In this document: positions 1-8,110 of the stretch, in pieces | How positions within the stretch are numbered: position 1 is the stretch's first letter | Layout: each line of letters begins with the position of its first letter | Origin: Mesobacillus jeotgali | GTDB lineage: Bacteria; Bacillota; Bacilli; Bacillales; Cytobacillaceae | NCBI RefSeq assembly: GCF_002874535.1 | Contig: NZ_CP025025.1 | Span: 883,526-915,525, forward strand | Length of the DNA stretch: 32,000 nt | Direction of reading: 5' to 3' | Translations under genes and position numbers: made by a program | The notes under the pieces: model-generated | The model's input: only the letters and a program-made list of their open reading frames with translations | What the model was told of the DNA's origin: nothing | The model's database searches: none

Positions 1-2
1 TC

Positions 3-1328
3 TTCTTCTCTGAAGATAAACGGACCGGCATTGGCACATTCAGTCCATCTGATCCAAAATCCCAGGATATTGCCGATTTAACAGGCAGTATCGACTTCTC
101 TACTATCGCGGAATATGGATCTGAGTCCGATCCGCGTGCATACCGTTTTGATGGTGAGCTGAACAAAGCGAATCGGGGCATGATGGAATTCCAGGAGATG
201 CTGAAGTGCGATGAGAAATTCCTCTGGCATTTGCTCAGCCTGACGCAGGAAGGCAATTTTAAAGCAGGAAGATTTGCATTGATCAGCGCGGATGAACTGA
301 TTGTCGCACACACGAATGAAACGGAATACCGTTCATTCATCTCCAATAAAAAGAACGAAGCCTTGCATTCACGGATTATCGTGATGCCGATTCCTTATAA
401 TTTAAAAGTGACCGAAGAAGAGAAAATCTATGACAAGATGATCAGGGAAAGCGATGTAAACGATGTCCATATCGCACCACATACTCTGAGGGTAGCTGCG
501 ATGTTCACGATACTGACGCGCCTGAAGGATCCGAAAAAAGGCGATATTGACCTTATCAAGAAGATGAGGCTCTATGATGGCGAGAGTGTCGAAGGGTACA
601 ACAGGGCTGATGTAGAGGAACTGAAAAAAGAGCATCAAGATGAGGGAATGAGCGGGATTGACCCTCGTTATGTCATTAACCGGATTTCTTCAACAATCAT
701 TAGAAAAGAAGTTAAAACGATTAATGCATTAGACGTCCTGAGATCTCTTAAAGAAGGCCTTGACCAGCATCCATCGATTACGGCCGAGACAAGGGAGCGG
801 TATCTGAACTATATTTCTATTGCACGTAAGGAATACGATGATATTGCGAAAAAAGAAGTGCAAAAGGCATTCGTCTACTCATACGAAGAATCAGCGAAAA
901 CTCTTATGGATAATTATCTTGATAACGTCGAAGCATACTGCAACAAGGCGAAGATGCGTGATCAGCTGACTGGAGAAGAAATCAATCCGGACGAGAAGTT
1001 GATGCGCTCCATCGAGGAGCAGATTGGCATTTCCGAAAATGCCAAGAAAGCCTTCCGTGAAGAGATTTTAATCAGGATTTCTGCCTATGCCCGTAAAGGC
1101 AAGAGGTTTGATTACAATTCACATGACCGCCTGCGTGAAGCAATCCAGAAAAAGCTGTTTGCTGACCTGAAGGATGTTGTCAAGATTACCACTTCAACGA
1201 AAACTCCTGATGAGACGCAGCTGAAGAAAATCAATAATGTCGTCGCAAGGCTGATTGATGAGCATGGTTACAACTCTACTTCAGCAAATGAATTGCTGCG
1301 GTATGTCGGAAGCCTGTTAAACAGATAA
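3..1328 (+). CDS. prkA: PrkA serine protein kinase, C-terminal ~440 aa (5' end outside the window)
   Basis: Frame 3 is open from the window edge (FFSEDKRTGIGTFSPSDPKSQDIADLTGSIDF...RGMMEFQEML...) to TAA at 1326-1328. The sequence is recognisably PrkA/YeaG family. It lies upstream of yhbH as in B. subtilis, and a hairpin terminator follows. Confidence 0.9.
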   Translation, partial: FFSEDKRTGIGTFSPSDPKSQDIADLTGSIDFSTIAEYGSESDPRAYRFDGELNKANRGMMEFQEMLKCDEKFLWHLLSLTQEGNFKAGRFALISADELIVAHTNETEYRSFISNKKNEALHSRIIVMPIPYNLKVTEEEKIYDKMIRESDVNDVHIAPHTLRVAAMFTILTRLKDPKKGDIDLIKKMRLYDGESVEGYNRADVEELKKEHQDEGMSGIDPRYVINRISSTIIRKEVKTINALDVLRSLKEGLDQHPSITAETRERYLNYISIARKEYDDIAKKEVQKAFVYSYEESAKTLMDNYLDNVEAYCNKAKMRDQLTGEEINPDEKLMRSIEEQIGISENAKKAFREEILIRISAYARKGKRFDYNSHDRLREAIQKKLFADLKDVVKITTSTKTPDETQLKKINNVVARLIDEHGYNSTSANELLRYVGSLLNR

Positions 1329-1334
1329 ATTATG

Positions 1335-1360
1335 AGGACCTGCAGATTGCAGGTCCTTTT
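1335..1360 (+). terminator. Rho-independent terminator after prkA
   Basis: AGGACCTGCA-gat-TGCAGGTCCT perfect stem followed by TTTT. Confidence 0.75.
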
Positions 1361-1410
1361 AGTTTATAAGTACCTGAAAGCGGGAATAGTACAGGCAAGA
1401 GGTGATTAAC

Positions 1411-1593
1411 ATGACTAAAAAAGATCTGCCGAAAGACTATGTCCCTAAAAATAGTTCAATGGCGCGTAATGAAGAAGAAATAGAAGATCTGGGCAAGCAA
1501 ATGGAGCACCGACGCACAGGGGAAGTCTTGAAAGAGGACTACGATAAAGTACCAGATCCGATTCAATTTGATAAAGTGAATGAAAAGAAATAA
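1411..1593 (+). CDS. Small hydrophilic hypothetical protein (60 aa)
   Basis: ATG at 1411 is preceded by AGAGGTGA with 4-nt spacing. The product is charged with no TM segment (MTKKDLPKDYVPKNSSMARNEEEIEDLGKQ...). It has its own terminator at 1591-1624. No family recognised. Confidence 0.5.
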   Translation: MTKKDLPKDYVPKNSSMARNEEEIEDLGKQMEHRRTGEVLKEDYDKVPDPIQFDKVNEKK

Positions 1594-1624
1594 CCTTTGC
1601 AGATAACGCAGAGGTTATTTTTTT
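1591..1624 (+). terminator. Rho-independent terminator after the small ORF
   Basis: ATAACCTTTGC...GCAGAGGTTAT stem followed by TTTTTTT. Confidence 0.7.
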
Positions 1625-1726
1625 GTAGAAATGATGACACGCTGCAACATGATCTGAGCAACCTCACTGGCTTTCGAAGTTAACTCAGTGGGCATTCAGG
1701 CAGTTTCAGGGGAAAATGAAGAAAAG

Positions 1727-1755
1727 CTGTCCGAACCCGGAGCAACTTCGGACAG
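1727..1755. repeat. Isolated hairpin element CTGTCCGAA-N11-TTCGGACAG
   Basis: Perfect 9-bp inverted repeat with 11-nt loop CCCGGAGCAAC. It is preceded by GAAAAGCTGTC, which is shared with the 52-bp array at 15.7 kb. The stem and loop resemble 28255-28289. Confidence 0.5.
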
Positions 1756-2069
1756 GTTCAGAGGGAAATGAGGGAGAGTGTCCATGTCTGCTGCTGGGAA
1801 GAGCTATATAGGGGTTATCTGTGGAAAAGAACTTATACTTGTACTGGTTAAAAAGGACAATAATTCCCAAAGGGGTTTCAAGATAAAATGGGCTTGTCCA
1901 TCCATAGAAGAAAAGGTTAATTGTCAAAATTATTTGTAAATTATTTTGTCTTCCTGCATAAGATAGAGTAATTACAATTCCCACAAGGGTAAAGTCCATC
2001 GGGATATTGTATGAAGGTATACTGAATTGTGTTACTGTCAAAACAAAAATTTCAAAGGAGGGGTTGAAA

Positions 2070-3239
2070 ATGACCGATGAAAGCAATCACCAGTTTGTGA
2101 TTTCCCAGGAAGATTGGTCCCTCCACCGCAAAGGACATGATGACCAACAGCGCCATCAGGAAAAGGTGCAGGAAGCAATAAAGAGCAATCTGCCTGATTT
2201 GATCACCGAAGAGAATATTATCATGTCCAACGGCAGGGATGTCGTAAAGATTCCGATAAGGTCACTGGATGAGTACAAAATCCGTTATAACTATGATAAG
2301 AACAAACATGTCGGCCAGGGGAACGGAGACAGTAAAGTAGGCGATGTCGTCGCTCGTGACGGCTCCGGGCAGCAGCAAGGTCCTGGGAAAGGGCAAGGAG
2401 CAGGAGACCAGGCCGGTGAGGATTATTACGAAGCAGAAGTATCAATGATGGAAATCGAAGAAGCGTTATTTAAAGAGCTGGAGCTTCCTAACCTCAAGAA
2501 GAAGGAAGAACAGGAGCATCTCGTTGAAAATATTGAATTCAACGATATCAGGAAGACTGGATTAATGGGGAATATCGATAAAAAGCGGACGATGATGTCG
2601 GCTTATAAACGAAATGCCATGACCGGCAAGCCATCCTTCCACCCTATTTACAAGGAAGACTTGAAGTTCAAGACATGGAATGAAGTTGTGAAACCTGATT
2701 CTAAAGCTGTTGTGCTTGCGATGATGGATACAAGCGGAAGTATGGGGCTGTGGGAAAAGTATATGGCAAGAAGCTTTTTCTTCTGGATGACGCGTTTCCT
2801 TCGATCCAAGTATGAAACAGTTGAAATTGAATTTATCGCCCACCATACAGAAGCAAAGGTAGTTTCCGAGGAAGACTTTTTCTCAAAAGGGGAAAGCGGA
2901 GGTACCATTTGTTCATCCGCCTACCGAAAAGCATTAGAACTGATTGATGTAAAATACAATCCAAGCAAGTTTAACATCTACCCATTCCACTTTTCAGATG
3001 GTGATAACCTGACCTCCGACAATGCCCGCTGTGTGAAGTTAGTAGAAGAGCTGATGAAGGTCTCCAATATGTTTGGATATGGAGAAGTCAATCAGTACAA
3101 CCGCCACTCGACCCTAATGTCCGCGTATAAAAACATTAAAGATGATAACTTCCGTTACTATATCCTCAAGCAGAAGGCTGACGTGTTCCACGCGATGAAA
3201 AGCTTTTTCAAAAATGAAGAGAACAAGATGTATGCTTAA
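2070..3239 (+). CDS. yhbH: YhbH (UPF0229/DUF444) sporulation/stress protein, partner of PrkA
   Basis: ATG at 2070 follows AAAGGAGGGG. The N-terminus [38 protein letters not shown] matches the conserved YhbH/YeaH start. The ORF-track start at 2007 lacks an SD. Confidence 0.9.
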   Translation: MTDESNHQFVISQEDWSLHRKGHDDQQRHQEKVQEAIKSNLPDLITEENIIMSNGRDVVKIPIRSLDEYKIRYNYDKNKHVGQGNGDSKVGDVVARDGSGQQQGPGKGQGAGDQAGEDYYEAEVSMMEIEEALFKELELPNLKKKEEQEHLVENIEFNDIRKTGLMGNIDKKRTMMSAYKRNAMTGKPSFHPIYKEDLKFKTWNEVVKPDSKAVVLAMMDTSGSMGLWEKYMARSFFFWMTRFLRSKYETVEIEFIAHHTEAKVVSEEDFFSKGESGGTICSSAYRKALELIDVKYNPSKFNIYPFHFSDGDNLTSDNARCVKLVEELMKVSNMFGYGEVNQYNRHSTLMSAYKNIKDDNFRYYILKQKADVFHAMKSFFKNEENKMYA

Positions 3240-3242
3240 TCA

Positions 3243-3275
3243 AAAATCGGCAGGACATAGCTCCTGCCGATTTTT
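3243..3275. terminator. Bidirectional terminator between yhbH and the convergent peptidase gene
   Basis: AAAATCGGCAGGA...TCCTGCCGATTTT stem flanked by A-run and T-run. Confidence 0.75.
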
Positions 3276-3306
3276 CTATATAATAAACTCTTATAATAAC
3301 AATCTA

Positions 3307-4125
3307 TTATTTTTCAATTCCAATCGCCTGGCTGCCCATCTGTACCCATGCTTTTTCGAAAGGTGTACGTGGAAAGGCTTTATAGCCATCGCTGGCAAGA
3401 GGGTCGTTTACGTAAATAAATTCCTCGTCATAGCCGACAATCAGCACACTGTGTTCTCTGTAAGTGATCTTTACGTTTCCAGTATTTGTCTTCCAAATAG
3501 TAAATTCCGATTCAGGAAGCGGCGCGAAAGTGGAGTTGGTGATGACCCAAACTGGCGAGTCGCTATCGATAAGTTGGTATACATCATGGATTGATTTTCC
3601 GGTTATGTCTTTGATCTTCCCTGGCAGATAATTCTCTGCAAGATTTGCTACAGGGCCATGGTAAACTCCATATCCTGATTTGCTGAATGTATAGATATCG
3701 CCTACAAAGCCATCATATGGATTTCCGCGAACATAATTTGCGTCGCGGAAGGGGATTTTATGTATCTGCTTAGCCAAGGTCATCTTGTCGGTTTGTATTC
3801 CTTCATACTGCAACAGCATAGATAAGCTAGTTACTTCACACCCGCGTTGTAATTCTGGAAGCTGACTGATGTGCGGGACACCTTCAATTATTTTTTTCTC
3901 TTCAGTACTGATGAAATCCTCAAGAACTTCCTTATCAGCAATATTTTTAGTTACCGAATGAGCTTCTGTGCGGGTAATTTTGGGTGCAACCGCAGCTTGT
4001 GTTTCTGCAGTTGGATTTTCAACTGATCGAAAATTCTCCGCCCCCAGATAGGTACCTAAGAAAATGGCTCCAATTGAAAGTGATCTAATTAATAACTTTT
4101 TATCCAAAATATCTTCTCCTAACAT
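3307..4125 (-). CDS. YvpB-like peptidase C39-like family protein, N-terminally membrane-anchored or secreted
   Basis: 272-aa ORF with hydrophobic N-terminus (LSIGAIFLGTYLGA). Conserved block ISQLPELQRGCEVTSLSMLLQYEG...GNPYDGFVGD...GYGVYHGP...PVWVITN...HSVLIVGYD is typical of B. subtilis YvpB-type C39-like peptidases. Confidence 0.75.
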   Translation of the reverse strand: MLGEDILDKKLLIRSLSIGAIFLGTYLGAENFRSVENPTAETQAAVAPKITRTEAHSVTKNIADKEVLEDFISTEEKKIIEGVPHISQLPELQRGCEVTSLSMLLQYEGIQTDKMTLAKQIHKIPFRDANYVRGNPYDGFVGDIYTFSKSGYGVYHGPVANLAENYLPGKIKDITGKSIHDVYQLIDSDSPVWVITNSTFAPLPESEFTIWKTNTGNVKITYREHSVLIVGYDEEFIYVNDPLASDGYKAFPRTPFEKAWVQMGSQAIGIEK

Positions 4126-4668
4126 TTCTCCTTCAAGTGACCATCTCTACCAATTTTAATCAAAATTCGACAAGGATTCAATAGACTAATAGAATGATAT
4201 TGGGAATTTGTTGGAAAACGATCTTTTTTCTTGGACCTCTGAATAAATTCTGTTGCTTACATAACCAAAAGTTAAATAGTTACTGGAACTCCACAGTAGA
4301 AATCTCCTCAATATATTAATTAGGAATGTGATGGAAGCTCATGTTCAAGGGCTAACAATCAATGCCCAAAAAAAGTTTTATCGGAGAATGTACTTGAGAA
4401 GGAGGAAAGTCGGACTTAGTGGATTCAATTGTTCCGTATGGAAGGGCCATCGCTCAGGGTTTATTCAACAATGAAGTCCATAACCTAAGGGTTTGGGTAA
4501 GAATATGGGGGAATGCAGTAGTTGTGAATTTTAGAAAAAATGAATTGGACAATCATTTTTATGACTGTAACCGGTAATACTATCTCTGTTATGAGTACAA
4601 TCTTTTTAAAAAAACACAAATTTATGTTAGTGTATTAAAGTGCAAATGTTGACGAAGGGAGTTTTTTG

Positions 4669-6186
4669 ATGAAAAAGGATTCATCTGTTTTTTTCATATC
4701 GACTGGAATTTTGTTATTAATGGTTCTTTTCGGTGTGTTTGTTCCAGATAAACTTGAGTCAGTAACAGCCAGCATCCAGGCATTCATTACTGATTCATTT
4801 GGCTGGTATTATTTAATTCTTGTTTCTGCTATTGTAATTGTTTGTCTTTATTTTCTGATCAGCCCACTTGGAAAGATTAGACTTGGCAGGCAGGATGACC
4901 GCCCTGAATTTTCTACCCTGACATGGTATGCGATGCTCTTCAGCGCAGGTATGGGAATAGGGTTGGTTTTCTGGGGAACTGCTGAACCAATCAGCCACTA
5001 TATGGTCTCGACACCAACTGGAGTAGAAGCCGGGTCTGACCAGGCAATTCGTGATTCGATGAGATTCACATTTTTCCATTGGGGTATCCATGCCTGGGCC
5101 ATTTATGGGATTGTGGCGTTAGTTCTTGCTTATTTCAATTTCCGTCATGGAAAGCCAGGGTTGATTAGTGCTACTCTTGGCCCGATTTTAGGCGAAAAAA
5201 CGAATGGCACAACTGGAAAAGTGATTGATATAATTTCCGTTGTCGCGACTGTAATCGGTGTGGCAACAACTTTAGGATTTGGAGCTGTACAAATTAACGG
5301 GGGACTTTCTTACCTGTTTGGAATACCTACTGGTTTTGTAACTCAATTGTTTATTGTCCTGATCGTAACAGTATTGTTCATGATTTCTGCCTGGACAGGA
5401 CTTGGAAAAGGTATCAAGATTTTAAGTAATGTAAACATGATACTTGCCGCAATATTGCTAGTGGCGATGCTGTTTTTGGGACCAACCCAGTTTATCCTGA
5501 ACCTCTTTACCAACACAATTGGTACATACCTTCAAAATTTGCCGGCAATGAGCTTCAGGATTGCACCTTTAAATGAAGATGTCCGTTCGTGGATCAACGG
5601 CTGGACCATTTTCTACTGGGCATGGTGGATTGCCTGGGCACCATTTGTAGGGATTTTTATAGCTCGAGTTTCTAAAGGAAGGACAATCAGAGAGTTTGTA
5701 TTCGGTGTACTGCTTGTACCTTCTTTGATTGGCTTCATATGGTTTTCAGCTTTCGGGGGATCAGCGATCATGCTTGAGCATGAAGGGATTGCAAATATTT
5801 CAGAACTTGCGACCGAAGAAGCGCTTTTTGGCGTGTTTGCCAATTATCCATTAAGTTCATTATTGTCCATTCTGGCAATGATTCTTATCGGTACATTCTT
5901 TATCACTTCAGCAGACTCAGGCACATTCGTTTTAGGGATGATGACCACCAATGGATCACTGACACCAGGGAATAGGATTAAATTTACATGGGGAATCATG
6001 CTGGCGGCAATTTCTTTAGTATTGCTGTACTCTGGGGGGCTTCAGGCATTGCAAAATACAATGATCGTAGCCGCATTGCCGTTCTCCATCATTATGGCTT
6101 TGATGGGATTAAGTCTAATTAAAGCATTGAACCAAGAGGCGAAAGAACTGGGGATTGGAAAAATTCCTAAACGTAAGTCTCAATAA
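4669..6186 (+). CDS. opuD: BCCT-family glycine betaine/compatible-solute transporter (OpuD-like)
   Basis: ATG at 4669 follows GAAGGGAG. 505 aa, polytopic. FITDSFGWYYL...LFSAGMGIGLVFWGTAEPISHY and WTIFYWAWWIAWAPFVGIFIARVSKGRTIREF are BCCT signature regions, close to B. subtilis OpuD. Confidence 0.85.
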   Translation: MKKDSSVFFISTGILLLMVLFGVFVPDKLESVTASIQAFITDSFGWYYLILVSAIVIVCLYFLISPLGKIRLGRQDDRPEFSTLTWYAMLFSAGMGIGLVFWGTAEPISHYMVSTPTGVEAGSDQAIRDSMRFTFFHWGIHAWAIYGIVALVLAYFNFRHGKPGLISATLGPILGEKTNGTTGKVIDIISVVATVIGVATTLGFGAVQINGGLSYLFGIPTGFVTQLFIVLIVTVLFMISAWTGLGKGIKILSNVNMILAAILLVAMLFLGPTQFILNLFTNTIGTYLQNLPAMSFRIAPLNEDVRSWINGWTIFYWAWWIAWAPFVGIFIARVSKGRTIREFVFGVLLVPSLIGFIWFSAFGGSAIMLEHEGIANISELATEEALFGVFANYPLSSLLSILAMILIGTFFITSADSGTFVLGMMTTNGSLTPGNRIKFTWGIMLAAISLVLLYSGGLQALQNTMIVAALPFSIIMALMGLSLIKALNQEAKELGIGKIPKRKSQ

Positions 6187-6195
6187 TTGATAAAA

Positions 6196-6233
6196 GGAGT
6201 CATTCCAATTGATATGGGATGACTCCTTTTTTT
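6196..6233 (+). terminator. Rho-independent terminator after opuD-like gene
   Basis: GGAGTCATTCC...GGGATGACTCC stem followed by TTTTTTT. Confidence 0.75.
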
Positions 6234-6290
6234 ATTGTTTAAGAAATTATTAAATTATTTAGTGTGGATAACTACATGTATTTTCTTAAT

Positions 6291-6522
6291 CCAGCTCCAG
6301 CGCCTAGCCCCTCGAGTCGCTTGTCTAGTGTCGCCTCCTAGAAACTCCGAAACTTCAACTCCGCCGGCAGAAGCAAAAAGCGCTTCTTTGTCGGAGTCTC
6401 CAGTTTCTGCGTTTCTGGACAGTCGGCTATACTTTTCGGTTTCGGTCCGCCAAATGAAGTCAAAGAACGACTTCACCGGCCGGCCCTCCAGCGCTTGTCG
6501 GGGCTGAACGAGGCGCTTGCGC
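6291..6522. other. GC-rich (~58% by hand count) non-coding island with internal hairpins
   Basis: Sharp composition change against AT-rich flanks. Contains hairpins CTCCG..AGAAGC-N7-GCTTCT..CGGAG and CCAG-N11-CTGG, and several AGCGCTT motifs. The two overlapping opposite-strand ORFs (90 and 73 aa) have no SD and low-complexity products. Confidence 0.4.
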
Positions 6523-6613
6523 TTTTTGTTCTTTTGTTCTTTACAAAATTGAAAAGCCTTTTTATAATGAATGTAAGTAATTACTTACATTTGCGTTTTA
6601 GGGGGAATCAAAG

Positions 6614-8110
6614 ATGCTAAAAAAACTAATTTCATTAATGTCAAAACACCCCGTGAAAATAGTTTTATTCACTGTAATGGCTATTGTACTACTAGCTGCG
6701 GGGGCCAGAAACGTTCAAATGGCTACAGGTAATGAGACTTTAGTAAGCAGTGAATCAAGGGTTTATATAGATAACCAGGAGCTTGAAAAAGAATTTGGGG
6801 GAGAATCCATCATCATTGTTTATGAAGGAATAGATGATAAGGTACTGACTGTTGACAGGCTGGGCCATATGAAGAAGCTTGAGACAATTCTGAATACCCA
6901 TGAAGAGGTTTATAGTGTCATGAGCCCTGTTGTTTTGATTGAAGAAATGTCTTCCAAGCAAGCTGACAAATATAAAGACGGGCTAGTAGAGGTTTCAGAT
7001 GGCCTGTATAAAATGGGTGAAAAGTTAATCGAGATTGGGGAGCAAATGGAAGCTAATGCTTCCGAAGGCAGTCAGCTGTCAAGCGTTGAAGGACAAATGT
7101 CGGAATTGAATCAGGGATTAAATAAAATGGTTCAAGGCCAGATGAAGCTCAAGGAAGGGACAATCAGTCTAGTTAATGGGTATTCCCAGTTTGGATCCTA
7201 TACAAAGGAAGCTGGATTGAAACTGGGAGCATTAGCGTCAAAATACAATACGGATGATCTGCAAGCAAAGCAACAAGCAGATCAAATAAATAAAATAAGC
7301 ACCCAGCTTATCCAGCTTTCTGAAAAAATGTTGCAGGGAGCCGAGAGATCCGCAGCACTGCCTAACGTTTCAGAGCAAACAATCAAGGGGCTGAAGGGGA
7401 TTGAAAGCGGATTATCAAATCAACAAAGACAATTAGAAAAGTTACAGGCAGAAAAGGAGAAACAAGCTAAAGATTTAAATGAACTCAGCAATGGTTTAAT
7501 GGAAATGGGCACGAAACTGGTTTCAATCAGTGAAAATTTGACCACAATGCATGGCTATTCTGATACATTGAAACCAGGTTTGCCAGAGAAGCAGGAAACA
7601 CTGGAACACATGGTTTATGATGAAAATGGCAAGAAGAGGGACATATTTAATGAAGTGCTCATTGATGACCATACTATGATCATGATGGTGAAGTTTAACG
7701 GAAATGTTTCCGATGGTGTAAAAAGTGAAGTTTCACAAACAGTTAAGTCATATCTAAATGAAAATCAAATAGATTCAACGGAAATGATGGTTTCGGGTAA
7801 ACCAGTTTTGGACGATGCAATTCGTTCATCAATGAAGGAAAGCATGCAGAAAATGATGATGCTATCTATATTGTTTATGGTTATCATCTTATTTTTTTCC
7901 TTTAATGTTAGTTGGCGCTTACTACCATTAGGTGTCATTTTGATTGCAGTGATTGGTACAGTGGGATTGATGGGGTGGATTCAAATTCCAATAACAATGG
8001 TATCGATGGCTGTGTTCCCAATCCTAATTGGCCTTGGCATAGATTACGCCATTCAGTTCCAAAACAGATATTCGGAAGAAATGGCAGAAGAGGAGGGTGA
8101 CCATGAATAA
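6614..8110 (+). CDS. MMPL/RND-superfamily transporter, N-terminal part (TM1, heptad-repeat ectodomain, TM2-4)
   Basis: ATG at 6614 follows TAGGGGGAA. N-terminal TM, then a ~380-aa extracytoplasmic region with xxxLxxG heptads (LNKMVQG QMKLKEG TISLVNG). Then the MMPL core GLMGWIQIPITMVSMAVFPILIGLGIDYAIQFQNRYSEE. It stops where single-chain MMPL proteins continue. Confidence 0.7.
   Translation: MLKKLISLMSKHPVKIVLFTVMAIVLLAAGARNVQMATGNETLVSSESRVYIDNQELEKEFGGESIIIVYEGIDDKVLTVDRLGHMKKLETILNTHEEVYSVMSPVVLIEEMSSKQADKYKDGLVEVSDGLYKMGEKLIEIGEQMEANASEGSQLSSVEGQMSELNQGLNKMVQGQMKLKEGTISLVNGYSQFGSYTKEAGLKLGALASKYNTDDLQAKQQADQINKISTQLIQLSEKMLQGAERSAALPNVSEQTIKGLKGIESGLSNQQRQLEKLQAEKEKQAKDLNELSNGLMEMGTKLVSISENLTTMHGYSDTLKPGLPEKQETLEHMVYDENGKKRDIFNEVLIDDHTMIMMVKFNGNVSDGVKSEVSQTVKSYLNENQIDSTEMMVSGKPVLDDAIRSSMKESMQKMMMLSILFMVIILFFSFNVSWRLLPLGVILIAVIGTVGLMGWIQIPITMVSMAVFPILIGLGIDYAIQFQNRYSEEMAEEEGDHE

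Noticed and set aside
2007-2069. Longer ORF-track N-termini for yhbH (2007), the triple-rhodanese gene (20538), the permease (27879) and degV (17283)
   Set aside because: In each case an internal start has a proper SD and gives the conserved family N-terminus or signal peptide. The extensions run through terminators, a riboswitch or an upstream gene.
1706-2086. 126-aa minus-strand ORF upstream of yhbH
   Set aside because: It has no SD and an implausible product. It overlaps the yhbH SD and start. It is most likely a chance ORF in the spacer.
3214-3594. 126-aa + strand ORF
   Set aside because: It overlaps the yhbH 3' end and terminator, and is antisense to the YvpB-like gene.
4394-4577. Orphan strong SD (GAAGGAGGAAA at ~4399-4409) and a 52-codon GTG ORF (4419..4577) in the 540-bp region upstream of opuD
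   Set aside because: The SD-to-GTG spacing is 13 nt, which is too long. No start codon lies at proper spacing, and the product has no recognisable features. It may be a gene remnant, but the sequence alone does not support a call.
6235-6507. 90-aa (+) and 73-aa (-) ORFs in the GC-rich island
   Set aside because: The two ORFs overlap on opposite strands. Neither has an SD, and the products are low-complexity. The composition and hairpins point to a non-coding element.
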